Part shown: piece after piece, positions 11,903-23,885 of the stretch
How positions within the stretch are numbered: the first letter of the stretch is position 1
How the letters are laid out: every line of letters begins with the position of its first letter
NCBI RefSeq assembly: GCF_018977255.1
Contig: NW_024704743.1
Span: 65,660,001-65,724,000 of the forward strand
Origin: Callorhinchus milii
Lineage: Eukaryota
Direction: 5' to 3'
DNA length: 64,000 nt
Position numbers and translations under genes: made by a program
Notes under the pieces: model-generated
Seen by the model: the letters and a program-made list of their open reading frames with translations, nothing else
Told to the model about the DNA's origin: nothing
Database searches by the model: none

Positions 11903-12071
11903 CCTGCAATGTGTGGTACTTAAATTCTGTGGACATGGAATCTCTAACAGGCCATCAGGCAATCCAGAAAGCCACATCCGAGACCCTGGTGCAGACTCCC
12001 TCACCTGCATCCACTGTTGTACATTTCAAAGTGTCAGCTCAAGGCATCACCCTGACTGACAATCAACGGAA
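11903..12071 (+). CDS. TNS3: Tensin-3 PTB exon ([24 protein letters not shown]...[18 protein letters not shown])
   Basis: ctctcttgcAG acceptor and AA|GTAAGT donor; [23 protein letters not shown] resembles TNS3 more than TNS1/2 as I recall them. Confidence 0.97.
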
Positions 12072-13489
12072 GTAAGTGTAACCTAACATCTCCATTATGT
12101 TGATTTGAACTTAGGGAGCAATTGGCAGCAGAAACCCTGTCTTTATTCTTTCTTTGCTAGAAAACAATGTGAGCTAATGTCAGTGATTGTCTTTCTCTCC
12201 CCCATCATCGCACCAACTTTCTCTGGAGTACGGATGGAACTCTACGGTCTTTATGGCTCAGTATTGCACGGTGTGGTATCTTAACTAAGATAATGAAAGG
12301 GCTTCAGAGGATAAATGGTGAGGAGCTATTCCTCCTCGTCGTTGGGGATCAGGCGGGCAATTGGATTGAATGGATAACTTGCTCTGAGAGCCAGTGCAGC
12401 CACAGTGGGTCAATGACCTGCTTCTGCACTGTAAATTTCTAGGATTCTGCTGACTTAAGGATGAGGAACATTTTGAGATTTTTATTTTTTGGTCAACCAG
12501 GTGTCTGACCTATTCTGAAACGCATCACCTTGCTTAATAGTATCCAAACCAGACTAAGCTTTTTAAGCATCCCACTAACACATGGAAATTCCTGTGTCTG
12601 GAATGGAATTTGAGATTATATCTGGAAGCATGAAAAGGAAAATTGAGAAGAATTCTTTCTGCCAGAGTTCAGAATATGGAAAAAAGGGTCAGGGTGGCTA
12701 TTGGAGTTGAATCAATTGGGGCCATTTAAAGGGAATTTGGATAAGCACATGTGAAGGGAGGGCATCGGTGGGTATAGGGAAAGAGAAGGGAATTGGGAGT
12801 AGGATACCTGGCTTCATTGAGGGAGCAAACATTGTGAGTCAGCTATTGTGTGATGGATTTCTATCTTTATTAATCAATGCTGCTTTCAGCAGCTGAGCCA
12901 CTGAGGGGGAGTTTTCAGATAGTTTGAAGTCAAACCCTCAGTTATAAATCAGCAATTTTCATTGACTGACTTTTGGTCAATATGTGTATTGATCTCTCAC
13001 TACATGACAAATTATGGGGCATTGATATGTGCAAATTGGCTCGCGCATTTGCCTCCAAATAGTCACTACATTTTACAGTTAATCCCGTGAAGTGCTTTGA
13101 GAGGTTTTGATGGCATGATAAGTCTCTATATCAAGAAGATTATTATGTGTCAGTATACTGCCAGAAAGTAGTTAAGTGCGGCAAATGGACTCTTTGGAGG
13201 TTTTATTATGTAGTACTTTCAGTCTGGTTTTGCAGAGATTCTCAATGAACATACTTGGTGGGAGACTTTGACTGCTCTCTCTAGTGCTTCATTGAATTAC
13301 TTTATATAAGATATACAATCAGACATTGCAGCAATCAGTATGGCGACCCCACTTGGACTTTGACCATCTTTGAGCCAAACCATTGGACGAGAGTAGGGAG
13401 AGGGACGCTGACTGCAAAACCTGCTGGTAATTATCACAACACATACTAAGATTTTGGACACAGTAATGCTAAATACTCCCTTTCATACA

Positions 13490-13773
13490 GCATCCCATAA
13501 ATAGCAATGGCAAGCTGTGTGGTTTTAGCTGGTTAGACTCTAGGACAACATCGCACACTCTGAGGTCCCCAACCCTTGGCTCTTGCTTATTACTCTTTGG
13601 AATTAAGTCAGCAGGATGCCTCTCTCCAGGGAGAGAGTATGCATTCCATTTCAATAAATTTCTCTGCAATTTCAATGTTTAGGTTGGATGCATGGAAATC
13701 TCAGCTTGGTTTGGATATTCTTAAGCATGGTAATGGATTTCTGCATGTGGCAGATACCTGGCTGACCAAAAAA
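13490..13773 (+). repeat. Unclassified poly(A)-ended interspersed repeat (ends ...cagacacccggctgaccAAAAAA)
   Basis: Aligns by eye to 24700-24855 plus 25428-25483, and in reverse to 12485-12610, 27850-27965, 33875-33985 and 40195-40315. Confidence 0.7.
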
Positions 13774-13883
13774 CGAATCCAATAAATATCAGAAATTTAA
13801 CAGTATTCCTTGCAGTTATATATTCACCCAGTGAATACTCTGGTTCCTGGTTCTTCGGTTAACAAAAATGTTTATTTTACTAG

Positions 13884-13952
13884 ACTCTTCTTCAGAAGAC
13901 ATTATGCTGTCAACACCGTCATTTTCTGTGCTTTGGACCCACAAGAAAGGAA
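13884..13952 (+). CDS. TNS3: Tensin-3 PTB exon ([23 protein letters not shown])
   Basis: ttttactAG acceptor and AA|GTAAGT donor; LFFRRHY motif. Confidence 0.96.
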
Positions 13953-14084
13953 GTAAGTTTGTCATTATTTTGGGATTTCTTATTGATCAGCACTGCGTTA
14001 CAGTCAGGGTGCTGGACTGTGTGTGATCGAGGATTGAAATTCTAATGTATCTTGTTTTTCTCATACCCTTTCCCCCTCTGTCAG

Positions 14085-14111
14085 ATGGACAAAAGATGGT
14101 ACTTCGGCAAA
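14085..14111 (+). CDS. TNS3: Tensin-3 27-nt micro-exon (KWTKDGTSAK)
   Basis: Long pyrimidine tract with tcAG acceptor and AA|GTGAGT donor; supplies the segment equivalent to TNS3 KWIKDGPSSK; phase 2 on both sides. Confidence 0.9.
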
Positions 14112-14230
14112 GTGAGTAGAGTACATGAAATCTTGGCATTTCTTTTTCACTGTACACTGTACTGTTTTCAAAACATGTCAGCAGTCACGTAACTTCACAG
14201 TTATTTATGTGTGTTTCTTTTTATTAACAG

Positions 14231-14372
14231 AGTCTTTGGATTTGTGGCGAGGAAACAAGGAAGCGCAACTGATAATGTCTGCCACCTGTTTGCTGAGCAT
14301 GACCCTGAGCAGCCTGCCAGTGCCATTGTGAACTTTGTATCAAAGGTCATGATAGGATCCCAGAAAAAGTAA
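14231..14372 (+). CDS. TNS3: Tensin-3 terminal coding exon ([46 protein letters not shown])
   Basis: ttattaacAG acceptor; TAA stop at 14370-14372; near-identical to the TNS3 C-terminus as I recall it. Confidence 0.97.
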
Positions 14373-15475
14373 CTGAAGGCCTTTGTTACAGAGCCCCTCA
14401 TTGAGAAGAGTAAACCTTTTTCTTTTAAAAAAATAATCTGACTGTGAGACAACTGTGCTGTGGAGTGAAACTGGTCATGTTCAGAGGGTTTTGTATATGT
14501 TGGTGAATGATGGTATGAGCAGGTTTGTTTTCTATTAGAGGATCAGGGAAACGATCTTTAGAGAATACTTGTTCCTTGGTTCAGACAGCGAGGGAAAATA
14601 AAAGATGTTTGGCTTCTGTGACTATTGGTTATCAATTGGTTTTTATTTGTTGAGGTGAAGGGTCGATGCTTAGTTTTATTTTTTCACTGTTTGCAGGATT
14701 GACATAAACCAGTTTTAAAATAGACCAATCAGAGAAAAAATAATGCATAATTTATATTTATTTGACACAATATCCTTAATAGATGACAGCTAATCTGATG
14801 TTTGTATAATGCATACGCGTTTTAGTGAGTTAAATATGTTCGGCCACAGTTTAGCGATTGATATTGGCTTGCCAGGCGTTCCTGGAAGGGGAAAGCTTTT
14901 TGGTACCTTTGGAACATATGAGTGACATCTTGTGTATCGTTCCAGAATTGCTGGCTTTTTAGTACAAGTAGTCTAGAAACTAAAGTTTTAAGTAGAACTA
15001 TTTTATATCAACCACATTTTTAAAAAATTTATTTTTTACAACTGATGAAATCTTACACAACTATATACAGTTGGGGTATGAGTCTAAATTCTTGCCAAAG
15101 ACATACCATATAACAGCACTTTGGGCTGTCATGTAAACATGAGTTCAGTGAATGAATTCCACCCTTTCCTTCTTATTAAGCCACTCTATCCTACTCCCTT
15201 TGTTTCTTCCAGTGTTAACAAATTGTGAAAATGCCAAAATACAAGTTTTCACTTTGACCAATAAGCTGTATTACGAAAATTAATGTTTTATCCATTATGG
15301 TCTGCTTTACTTATTCTGTATTTTGTAGTTTCCTTATATAAGCATTCTGTAAAAACCTTGTATCCAATATGTAAATGAATTATGTTCTATAATTCTTTGT
15401 ATAGTCTTTTTCCATTCTTTAAAACAATCTGTTAAAATTATAATAAATATAATAAATTCTACAGTTTCTGCTTCC
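14373..15475 (+). other. TNS3: TNS3 3'UTR (approximate end)
   Basis: AT-rich stretch with no recognised repeats, running from the stop codon to tandem poly(A) signals. Confidence 0.7.
15442..15456 (+). terminator. Tandem polyadenylation signals AATAAA (15442-15447 and 15451-15456)
   Basis: taataaatataataaa followed by a T-rich tract; position fits the end of the 3'UTR. Confidence 0.7.
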
Positions 15476-16039
15476 ATTTCTTGCATACACAGTGGATAAT
15501 GCTTCATTGTACTAGATTGCGTAAGAAGTTTAGGCTAAACTGTCCAATATGGGCTTATTCATTCATTTTAAGCTGCATGTTCCAAATGAGAGCTGCCAGC
15601 CCAGCAGCACAAACAGCTAGAACTTCAAGAGTTTCCACATACCTTAATCCTATCCTATCCTTGCCATGAATCGACAATGTCGTGCAAAAGTGCAGTCGAA
15701 AGCCTGTTTTATGCAGCATTGATTTGATTCTGAGTCATTAGGTTCAGTATAATTTAGGTTTCAATGATTACAAGTAGATTTTTGTTAAAAATCAAATTTA
15801 AAATACCTTCCTTAAGTTTATCAAAGTTTACGAAACCATTGGCACTCCCTGTGCTTCAATAATATTAAAGATTAAACAGTATGTTTGCCACCAGTTAGTG
15901 AAGCTCTGTGCTTTAGTGAGAGTGATTGGAGTAGGAAACCAGAATGCTATTTATTGCTCTGAATTGGCCCATTTCTTTTAAGTAATGACAAATCACTCCA
16001 GTGATATAAAAGGTGCATTAAGTATGCTGAAAGCTGGCT

Positions 16040-16335
16040 TGGTTCAGCCTGAGGACTGGAGCATTGCAGATGTTACACACTTGTTCAAAAAAGGGGATAG
16101 AGATAAACCTGGTAACTACAGGCCAGTCAGCCCAACATCGATGGTGGGGAAACTTCTAGAGACCATAATCCGGGTCTTTCAGGGAATTAGATAGGTACTT
16201 GAAAATGGAACAATTTGCAAGGATAGTAATAATAATATGGGCTAAGAACAGGGAATGGGACTGGATAGCTCTTCCAAATTGTGGCACAGGCACGATGGGC
16301 TGAAATGCCTCCTCTGTGCTATAATATTCTATGAA
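16040..16335 (+). mobile_element. CR1 LINE, internally deleted (RT N-terminal part fused to the 3' end)
   Basis: PEDWSIADVTHLFKKGDRDKPGNYRPVSPTSMVGKLLETII followed directly by the CR1 3' end gatgggctgaaatgcctcctctgtgctataatattctatg. Confidence 0.8.
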
Positions 16336-16456
16336 ACTGCATCATAAATGAGGGAACAAAATGTGTTATTCAGTGATTCTGGATTTGTGATGTCATCTGT
16401 AGTATTACTGGAGAACACAGAAAGCTATATAAATGCAAGTTGTTGATAAACTAAAA

Positions 16457-16756
16457 AATAATCCTTGCATTTGATATAACGCTGTTCACATCTTCTAAAC
16501 GTCTCAAAGCGCTTCACAGAATATGCTGTAAAGTGAATTGAGTGTATATTTGTGGGCGAAACGCGGCAGCCAATTGCGCACAGCAGTGTCCCACAAACAG
16601 TTGTGGATTGAAAATGACCAATTTATTATTGTTTTTGGAGGGATTATTATTAGGCGTGTGGAGTAAGGAAACTTGCCCAGGTTTCGCCCTGCCTGGAATT
16701 GAACCCAGGTGTCTTGCTTGCAAGACGAGTGCTCCAACCACTGAGCTACAGGACTC
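16457..16756 (-). mobile_element. Full-length young tRNA-derived SINE
   Basis: Reverse complement of the 4619-4938 element, from tail (ataatccttgcatttgatat) to head (ctgagctacaggactc). Confidence 0.9.
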
Positions 16757-17559
16757 TGATCTGGTGGGAGCAGAGAAAATCTTGGGAGAAATACAAGAAT
16801 ACCAGCGAGCAATGCACATATGTTCTATAGTCTGATACATGCTCCAGACTCCATAGGTCTGGGTTTCCATTTAGTCTTAGGTTGAAAGGTCATTTTGTGT
16901 TAAAATTTGACATTATGCTCATCAGTGGAAAATTCTGAAATTCAGTCTTAATTTGGAAACTTTAAGAAGTGTGGAAAACTACCTTCCAAATTAGGACCCA
17001 TTTTTCCACACTTTCGTGCAATCCTAAAATACAACAAAATGGCTTGGTATAATTTAGGGGCTCTTCTTTCAGTATGTGATAATGAACAGCATTTTGCTTG
17101 GTGGCTATGTACTCACTCCATGCATATATGTCTACCCTTTCTTCACCCAAGTTGATGTGTTTTTATTTTCAAAGCAGGGTTTATTTATAAACTAATGTAG
17201 ACTGGAGTGGATGAGAAGGAAATTTTACAAGACATTCCACATTCTCTGCCAAGTGCTGTACACTCATGTCCCTTAAAGCAATAGACTATGCAAAGTATGC
17301 CACCTTGACTGAACAACTATAATACGAAAGCAATGTTTGTTTGAAAGCCAACGAATCCAAATTTTGTAGAAATACATTCCTTGTTTAAAAGAAACATGAA
17401 TCAACGCTTTTGTTTTTGACATTTACATTGCATTAATATTTTATTCCTTTGTGCCTTGTTTCAGTAAGTTGGTAAACTACTTCACAAGATTAGTTTGGAT
17501 GTACAACAACAACTTGCATTTATATAGCGCCCTTCATTCGGGGTAGTGTCCCGGAGCTC

Positions 17560-18190
17560 TTCTATGATATAGAAGGGCCTTCAGCTCATCTGATCTTATC
17601 ACTCCACAACCCCCACTCTACTGTCATCCCGTCACAGCATCAAGCTGCTTTTTAAATGAGTCCAGTGTCCTGGCTAACTGTTTTCAGCCATTAATCACCA
17701 TTTGATTGAAGAAAAGCTTCCAGGTGTATACCCTGACAATTCCTTTCACAACTCTAAACCTGTGTCCTCTTGTTCTGCTGTCTTGGTGCATTCAAAAGTA
17801 TTGTTCTGGACTCACTTTCTCAATCCAATTCAAAATCTTGTATACATACCTCTAAAAGGTCCCTCTGAAACGTCTCCTTTCAAGACTGACATGTCCTGGC
17901 TTGCCAAATTATTGCGCATATAGCTCATTCCTCTAAACCCGGGGTTGCTCTCCTATGCATAGCTTCATGGTGACTATATACAATAATCTAGCCCTGACCA
18001 GAGCACTGTACAGCCTGAGTATGGCTTTTGGGGATCTGAACGCCACTGATTTGGCAAATAGGTCTGTTTGCCTTTTTATTGCTGCCTCACACTATTTTGA
18101 TACAATGAGTCAACTAACACCTCTAGATCTCTTTCAGCTTTCCCTTTTGCAAGTACACGTGTTTCCTTTAATTAACTTGGAGCTTGAGTA
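17560..18190 (-). mobile_element. Old CR1 LINE 3' fragment
   Basis: Antisense CR1 motifs (acagcatcaagctgctttttaaatgagtcc; acctgtgtcctcttgttctgctg). Confidence 0.6.
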
Positions 18191-19379
18191 GAGAAGGCAT
18201 TGATGAAAACTGAACAAGATGGCTACAATTTTGTTCACATTTAACTGAAGGAATTTAAGGCATATGTAGGACAAGATGTCTGAGGGACACTCAGAACAGC
18301 AACAGCAAATTAAATGCAAACCCTGTTGGGGCTCACAATGATTCCATTCCATGCAGTCTCCAGAGAGTTGTAAAAATTATTTATAAAGCAGTCAAAGTGG
18401 GAACAAAAGTACAAACAGATGTCTGAACATCAGTGTCAAGTAAAACTGACCAGGTTTCAGAAATGTAATGCTGGCATGAACTTAGAACACCTATTTTTAG
18501 GAAAATACTTCTGTTAGAATATATGCTGTATTTTATGGGACACAGAATCCTTGAAATTTTTTTGGACAAGGTGCAAATTTAATGCAGCGGCTAAAAGTCT
18601 CAAAATGAGCACTCGGGCAAACTGGAACTTTTCATCAGATGTTTAACCATGTAATCCTATGCCTCAGAGGAGTCTTTTACCCGCTGAGTTCACCAGTTAA
18701 TGTTTATAGTGCATAAGATGCAGGTATGGGTTCCAACTCATTTATTATGAATAGGACTCAAGATTGTACCTTGAGATACCACAAAATCAAGTCTGGTTTT
18801 AAGGTCTGATAGACATCAAGATAATCTTCAAATTCAGGATGTTTACAGACATCTTGACTCTTCCCATTATTCCATCTTTCCAATGGGAATTTAAGATGTG
18901 TTGAGATCACTTTTTGACTCCCTTTAAAGTGAAAAATCTGTAAGTCGTTCATGTAATGGATCATGTCTTACAGATGTTCAAATTGCACATGCAGTAGAAA
19001 CATTTGTTCCATTTTGTAACACGTTCAATGTGTCGGACATATGTTGTACCTATGCTGTTTTCATTATAATAATCCTTACCAACATCTTGGAAATCATGGG
19101 CATTGGGCTTTCTTTAATCTGATGTCAAGAACCTGACAAATGAGACATATGCAAGGCACTGCTGCACTCAAATACCAATCTCAGCAATAGTACAGTTTTT
19201 AAATGCTAGGATTTCCTTGCGTGATACCTTGTTGCCAGGATCATGAGAGAATCATCCCCTCTGAGTTCTGCATTGTTAGTCCATGCACTATGAAACACTC
19301 ATGCAGGTACATATCCACATAGCATATTGTGAAAATCATACATCTGGTTAAAATATGTTACTCACCACTTTTGTGTTTC

Positions 19380-19875
19380 ATACCTATCATCTCTCCCTCT
19401 CACAGACCAAAACTGCTTTCTATTCCCAGGCCATTCTGAGGGCCAAAAATATCCCTATTGTGCTTTCTCCAACACTTATCGGTTCCTCCATGAAACACTT
19501 CAAGCATCCTCGATCCTCACATCTGATGCCAAGTGTGACGAGGTCCTGGACTTCTTCATATCAAAGCTAGAAAATATCCGCTTAGCTGCCTCCTCCTCCT
19601 TCCTCATGTTCTCTAGTAACACCCGTGGCCCCCCAACCCCCAAGCCCTTGCCTTCTACAACAATCCTTCCATCACGGCTCCTACTGCTTCCCACCCTGGA
19701 CTCCTTTGTCTTAATTTCTCCCCCTTCCCTCTCAACCACCATCTCCCAGATGAAGCCCACCACCATTTGCCTCGACCCCCTCCCACCCAGATGCTGGTCA
19801 CTCAGTTCTCCCTCTGCCCCTGCAGGCAGACACAGTCAACCAGCCCTCTCTGCAGGCTCCTATCCACTCCCCATC
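19380..19875 (+). mobile_element. L2 fragment, 5' half of an interrupted copy
   Basis: Encodes ...ISQMKPTTICLDPLP..LVTQFSL...; the protein sequence resumes at ~21306 after the antisense insert. Confidence 0.8.
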
Positions 19876-21305
19876 ATAACAACAACTTGGATTTATATAG
19901 CGCCCTCCACGCTGGAGCGCTTCACAGTAACGTATCCTGGGGCCGAGCCAGGGGGAGGGGGAGGAAAGTGACCAAAGGCACGGTCGAAAGGAAGGTCTTC
20001 AGCCGAGACCTGAAAACAAGAAAAGAGGGGGCGAGGTGAAGAGAGTGAGGAAGGTAGTTCCAGAGCCTCAGAGCATAATGGAGTGGAGGACTGAGGCTCT
20101 GAGAATGGGGGTGGCAGAGTTTTGTATAATCTGGATTTTATGGAGGGTAGTGGATGGGAGGCCGGCGAGGAGGGCATTATAGTCCAGCCGAGAGGTGACA
20201 AAGGCATGGACCAGAGTTTCAGCAGCTTTTGGAGTGATGTATTGGCGGAGATGGGCGATGCGTCAGAAGTGGAATAAAGCGGTGCTGGTGAGGGACCGGA
20301 TGTGGGGAAGATAGGATAATTGGGGGTTGAACCTGACTCCTAGGTTGCGTACGGATTCGGAGAGTTTTAGGGGGAGGTCGGGTAGGTGGAGGAGGTGAGA
20401 ACTGTGAGATTTGAGACGTTGACGAGAGCCAAAGAGTGTGGCTTCTGTCTTGTCAACGTTCAGCTGAAGGAAGTTTGCGCTCACCCAGCCCAAGATCTGA
20501 CAGGCAGACTGACAGAACATCAGGGGACTGGGGGTCGCAAAGAGAGGTGGAAAAATAGAGTTGGGTGTCATCCGCGTACATGTGGAAGTGTACCCCATGT
20601 CTGCGGATGACATCCCCAAGAGGGAGCATGTAGATCAGAAAGAGGAGGGGGCCAAGGATGTATCCCTGGGGTACCCCGCAGGTGACCGGCTGAGAGCGGG
20701 AGGAGAAGCCGTTTGTGCAGATGTACTGCTGGCGGTTTGTGAGATAGGACTCGAACCAGGCGAGTGCGGTTCCATTGAGGTGGATGACGGAGGAAAGGCG
20801 GTGGAGGAGGATGGCGTGATTGACTGTGTCGAACGCGGCGGAGAGATCCAGGAGGACAAGGAGGCAGAGGGAACCCTGGTCACAGATAGAGAGGATGTCA
20901 TTTGTGACTTTCACAAGCGCAGTCTCTGTACTGTGGGGAGGGCGGAAACTGGACTGGAGGGGTTCGAAGAGGGAGTGGGAGGAGAGGTGTGTGCGGAGTT
21001 GATTGGCAACAACATGTTCTAGGACCTTTGCGAGGAAGGGCAGGTTAGAGACATGGCGGAAGTAGCTGGGGTTTGAGGAATCCAGGGAAGGTTTCTTGAG
21101 GAGGGGGGTGATGACAGCAGTTTTGAGGGGGGCAGGGACTGAACCGGAGGAGAGAGACTGGTTGATGACATCAGCCAGTAGTGGGCAGAGGAGGGGGAGC
21201 TGGGTGACCAGTAAGTTGGTGGGGAGGGGCTCAAGGCAGCAGGTGGTGGGTTTCATGGAGGTGATGGTGGGTGAGAGGGAGGCGGGAGAGATAGGGAGAA
21301 AGGAA
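19876..21305 (-). mobile_element. L2 LINE, 5'-truncated, with most of the RT domain and the 3' tail
   Basis: 267-aa ORF with AVITPLLKKPSLD, QSSFRPPHSTETALVKVTND, LDLSAAFDTVNH, GVPQGYILGP and YADDTQLY; tail aacaacaacttggatttatatagcgcc. Confidence 0.95.
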
Positions 21306-21736
21306 TGTCATCACTCCTCTCCTCAATAAGCCCACCCTTGATCCCTTGAACCTTGGAAACTACTGATCCATTTCTAACTTGCTTTTCCTCACTAAAATTC
21401 TGGAACAAGTTGCAAATCAACTTCGTTCACACCTCTCTCTCCACTCCCTACTTGAGCCCTTCCAATCTGGTTTCTGCTTTGCCCATAAAACAGAGACAGC
21501 GCTCGTCAAAGTCACAAATGATGCCTCTCTCTCTGTGATTGGGCTCCCTCTGCCTCATTGTCCTCCTGGACCTCTTTCCGCATTGCCCGCACCTTTCCCA
21601 TTTTCAGATCCCACCTTCCTCTTCGACCGTGCTTTTGTCACCTCTCCCCTTCCCTTGGCTCAGCGTCAGGCACTTCTATAGTTAAGACGCTACTCTGCGA
21701 GAAGGGTGCTATATAAGTGCAAGTTGTTGTTGTTGC
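21306..21736 (+). mobile_element. L2 fragment, 3' half of the interrupted copy (internally deleted), with (TTG)n tail
   Basis: VITPLL.KPTLDP...QSGFCFAHKTETALVKVTND, then tail gtgctatataagtgcaagttgttgttg. Confidence 0.8.
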
Positions 21737-21929
21737 TGATGGACCGATATCCTTTTTGGAACTTTCCTTCTCAAGAACAGTAATGTCATTTTACAAATTC
21801 TGTCATTATTCGGCAAACATGAGGCTGCACTCCTTTGCCAAACCGGCTGAGTTTTGATGCCCAGAAGTCATGCTCAGTGCTTTGGTCAGGTTACACCTGG
21901 TGTAGTGCATACAATTCTGGTCACGGTCA

Positions 21930-22200
21930 CACGAGGGGCCTCCAGGACCTAAAGGCCGAAAAGGGAAGAGAACAAGATTTGATTCCCTCAGCTTTAAAGG
22001 GATAAGCTATGAACAAGAATCCGATAGATAAGCTGGGGCTCTGTAGCCTTGAAAATAAATAATTGAAAGGGATCTTATGGTCAAGATTCTTAATAAGATA
22101 GAAAAAGAAAAAAAGGAAACATGTTTTTAGATAGACCAAGGCAGCTGGACAAAAAAGAACATAGGTTCAGGGTTGTACAGGGCAATTTCAGATTAGCAAA
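21930..22200 (+). mobile_element. Old CR1 ORF2 C-terminal fragment
   Basis: Degenerate DKLGLCSLENK.LKGDL and gttcagggttgtacagggcaatttcaga motifs. Confidence 0.55.
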
Positions 22201-23604
22201 ATAATCCATGTTCAAAGTTAGAGGTGCTGTTTGGCTGGCACTTTGCTTTACCTGTTGAAAAAGGCAACAATCGTCCTGATAAAATGAATCATTCATTTCA
22301 TTTGTGGGACTTGCTGTGCACACATTAGCTGTTTGTCTACAAATACACGCTCCACTTGACAGCTCATGAAATGCTTTGAGATGTTTTAATGTTATATGGC
22401 GTTCAGCGCTTTGGGACGTCCTCCTGCTGTAAAAGGCGCTATACAAATGTAATTTTATTGTTGTTGTTATAGGCGATATATCAAGTGTAAGGATTGTTAT
22501 TAATAAAACAAATTAAATCCAAGAAATTCACATTTTGTTGAAACCACCATAAAATATGCTTTTGTCAAAAGTTTGATCAAGAGACTAACATTGGCGTCCT
22601 TTAACTTTATTATATGCTTCTTAGTTTTTACAAGTCTCTCGCACGATACCACACAAAGATGTAACATGCATTACTGAGTTCCTTCTAATAGAAGACCCCC
22701 TCTGTGATATTACCCCCCACTACACCATGCTTTACATGTAGCAACCAAATACAGTCTCTTGGACCGGGTTAAGTGGATTCACATCAAACAGATGATACTC
22801 CACAAAAGTTGAGGCATTCACACAATCTCTAGTACAGATAGTGTAAACGACCTCAACACAACACAGCATTCACTGGGCCATAACTGCAAATAAACCTAGA
22901 AATCCAAGCAACTTTCAATAAACCAGATGGCACTGGGTAGTTTAGTGGTTAAGGCAGTGACCTCCCTCCTGTGTAATTGTAGGCTCAGCTCCAGGGATAA
23001 CATACGCTCCAGCTTGTTAGAGCATTGTGTTCATGCATGCATGCATGATGAGCTCAGTCAGTTCCTTGCAAGGTCTCTAATTGAGGCCTCCCACTGGGAT
23101 AGAAAGCTGCTCACTGAGAATTTCACACCGCCCTTCACCTCTTCAGAGGAGCAAATCTTTTGCTGCTCAACCTATTAAGCAGCTGAATGGCCTATTTCCC
23201 TCTCAGGGAGGTGAAATGGATCTGGGTGGGTGGCTGTGAAAGTAAAGCGAGTGGGTGAAGGTAGTTAAAGTGATATTACCTTACTAAAATATGCCAAGCT
23301 CACATATATGAAATACATATGAATGGGTCAGTGTTAGATATGAATATATTTGGTGCACAAAGTGGTCGAGAGAATTTTTTTCTATCTCAGGTGTAATATC
23401 CTCAGCTATGAGTGAGTACTGTATTCACTCATTGAGTTTATTTTTGGTTTATTTATATTTAAATTGTTCAAGGCAGTTTTCAAATATTTGTTTTGGCCTG
23501 CATTATCTCTTATGGTAACTTTTGTTTTCACTCTGCGAGACAGTGGGAGCAGCAATGTGAATTCTGGTCACATAATGAAACAACAATTTACATTTAAATT
23601 AATA

Positions 23605-23885
23605 ATAATCCTTACATTTGGCAGAGTACCTTTCACATCAGGAGGATTTTCCAATGCGTTCCATAGTCATGCCTGACTGTGTATTTTGGAGCAACCAAGC
23701 AGCCAATTTGTGCACATCAATGTTCTACAAACAGTCACAAAATGATTGTTGGGGATTGTTGGCCTGGACACCAGGAGAAACTCTTCTTTCCTCTTTTCAA
23801 ATAGTGTCATGGGATCTGTAAGTCCACCTGAACAGGCAAAAAGGATCTTGGTTTAACATCTCATCTGAAGGCCAGCACTTTTCAT
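23605..23885 (-). mobile_element. DeuSINE (SacSINE1-like) partial copy
   Basis: Antisense Deu domain ttgttggcctggacaccaggagaaactc...aatagtgtcatgggatct...gtttaacatctcatctgaagg. Confidence 0.75.

Noticed and set aside
20453..21256. 267-aa reverse transcriptase ORF as a possible domesticated RT or retron-like system
   Set aside because: Ordinary 5'-truncated L2 with frameshifts downstream and the standard L2 tail; no endonuclease, promoter or associated ncRNA.
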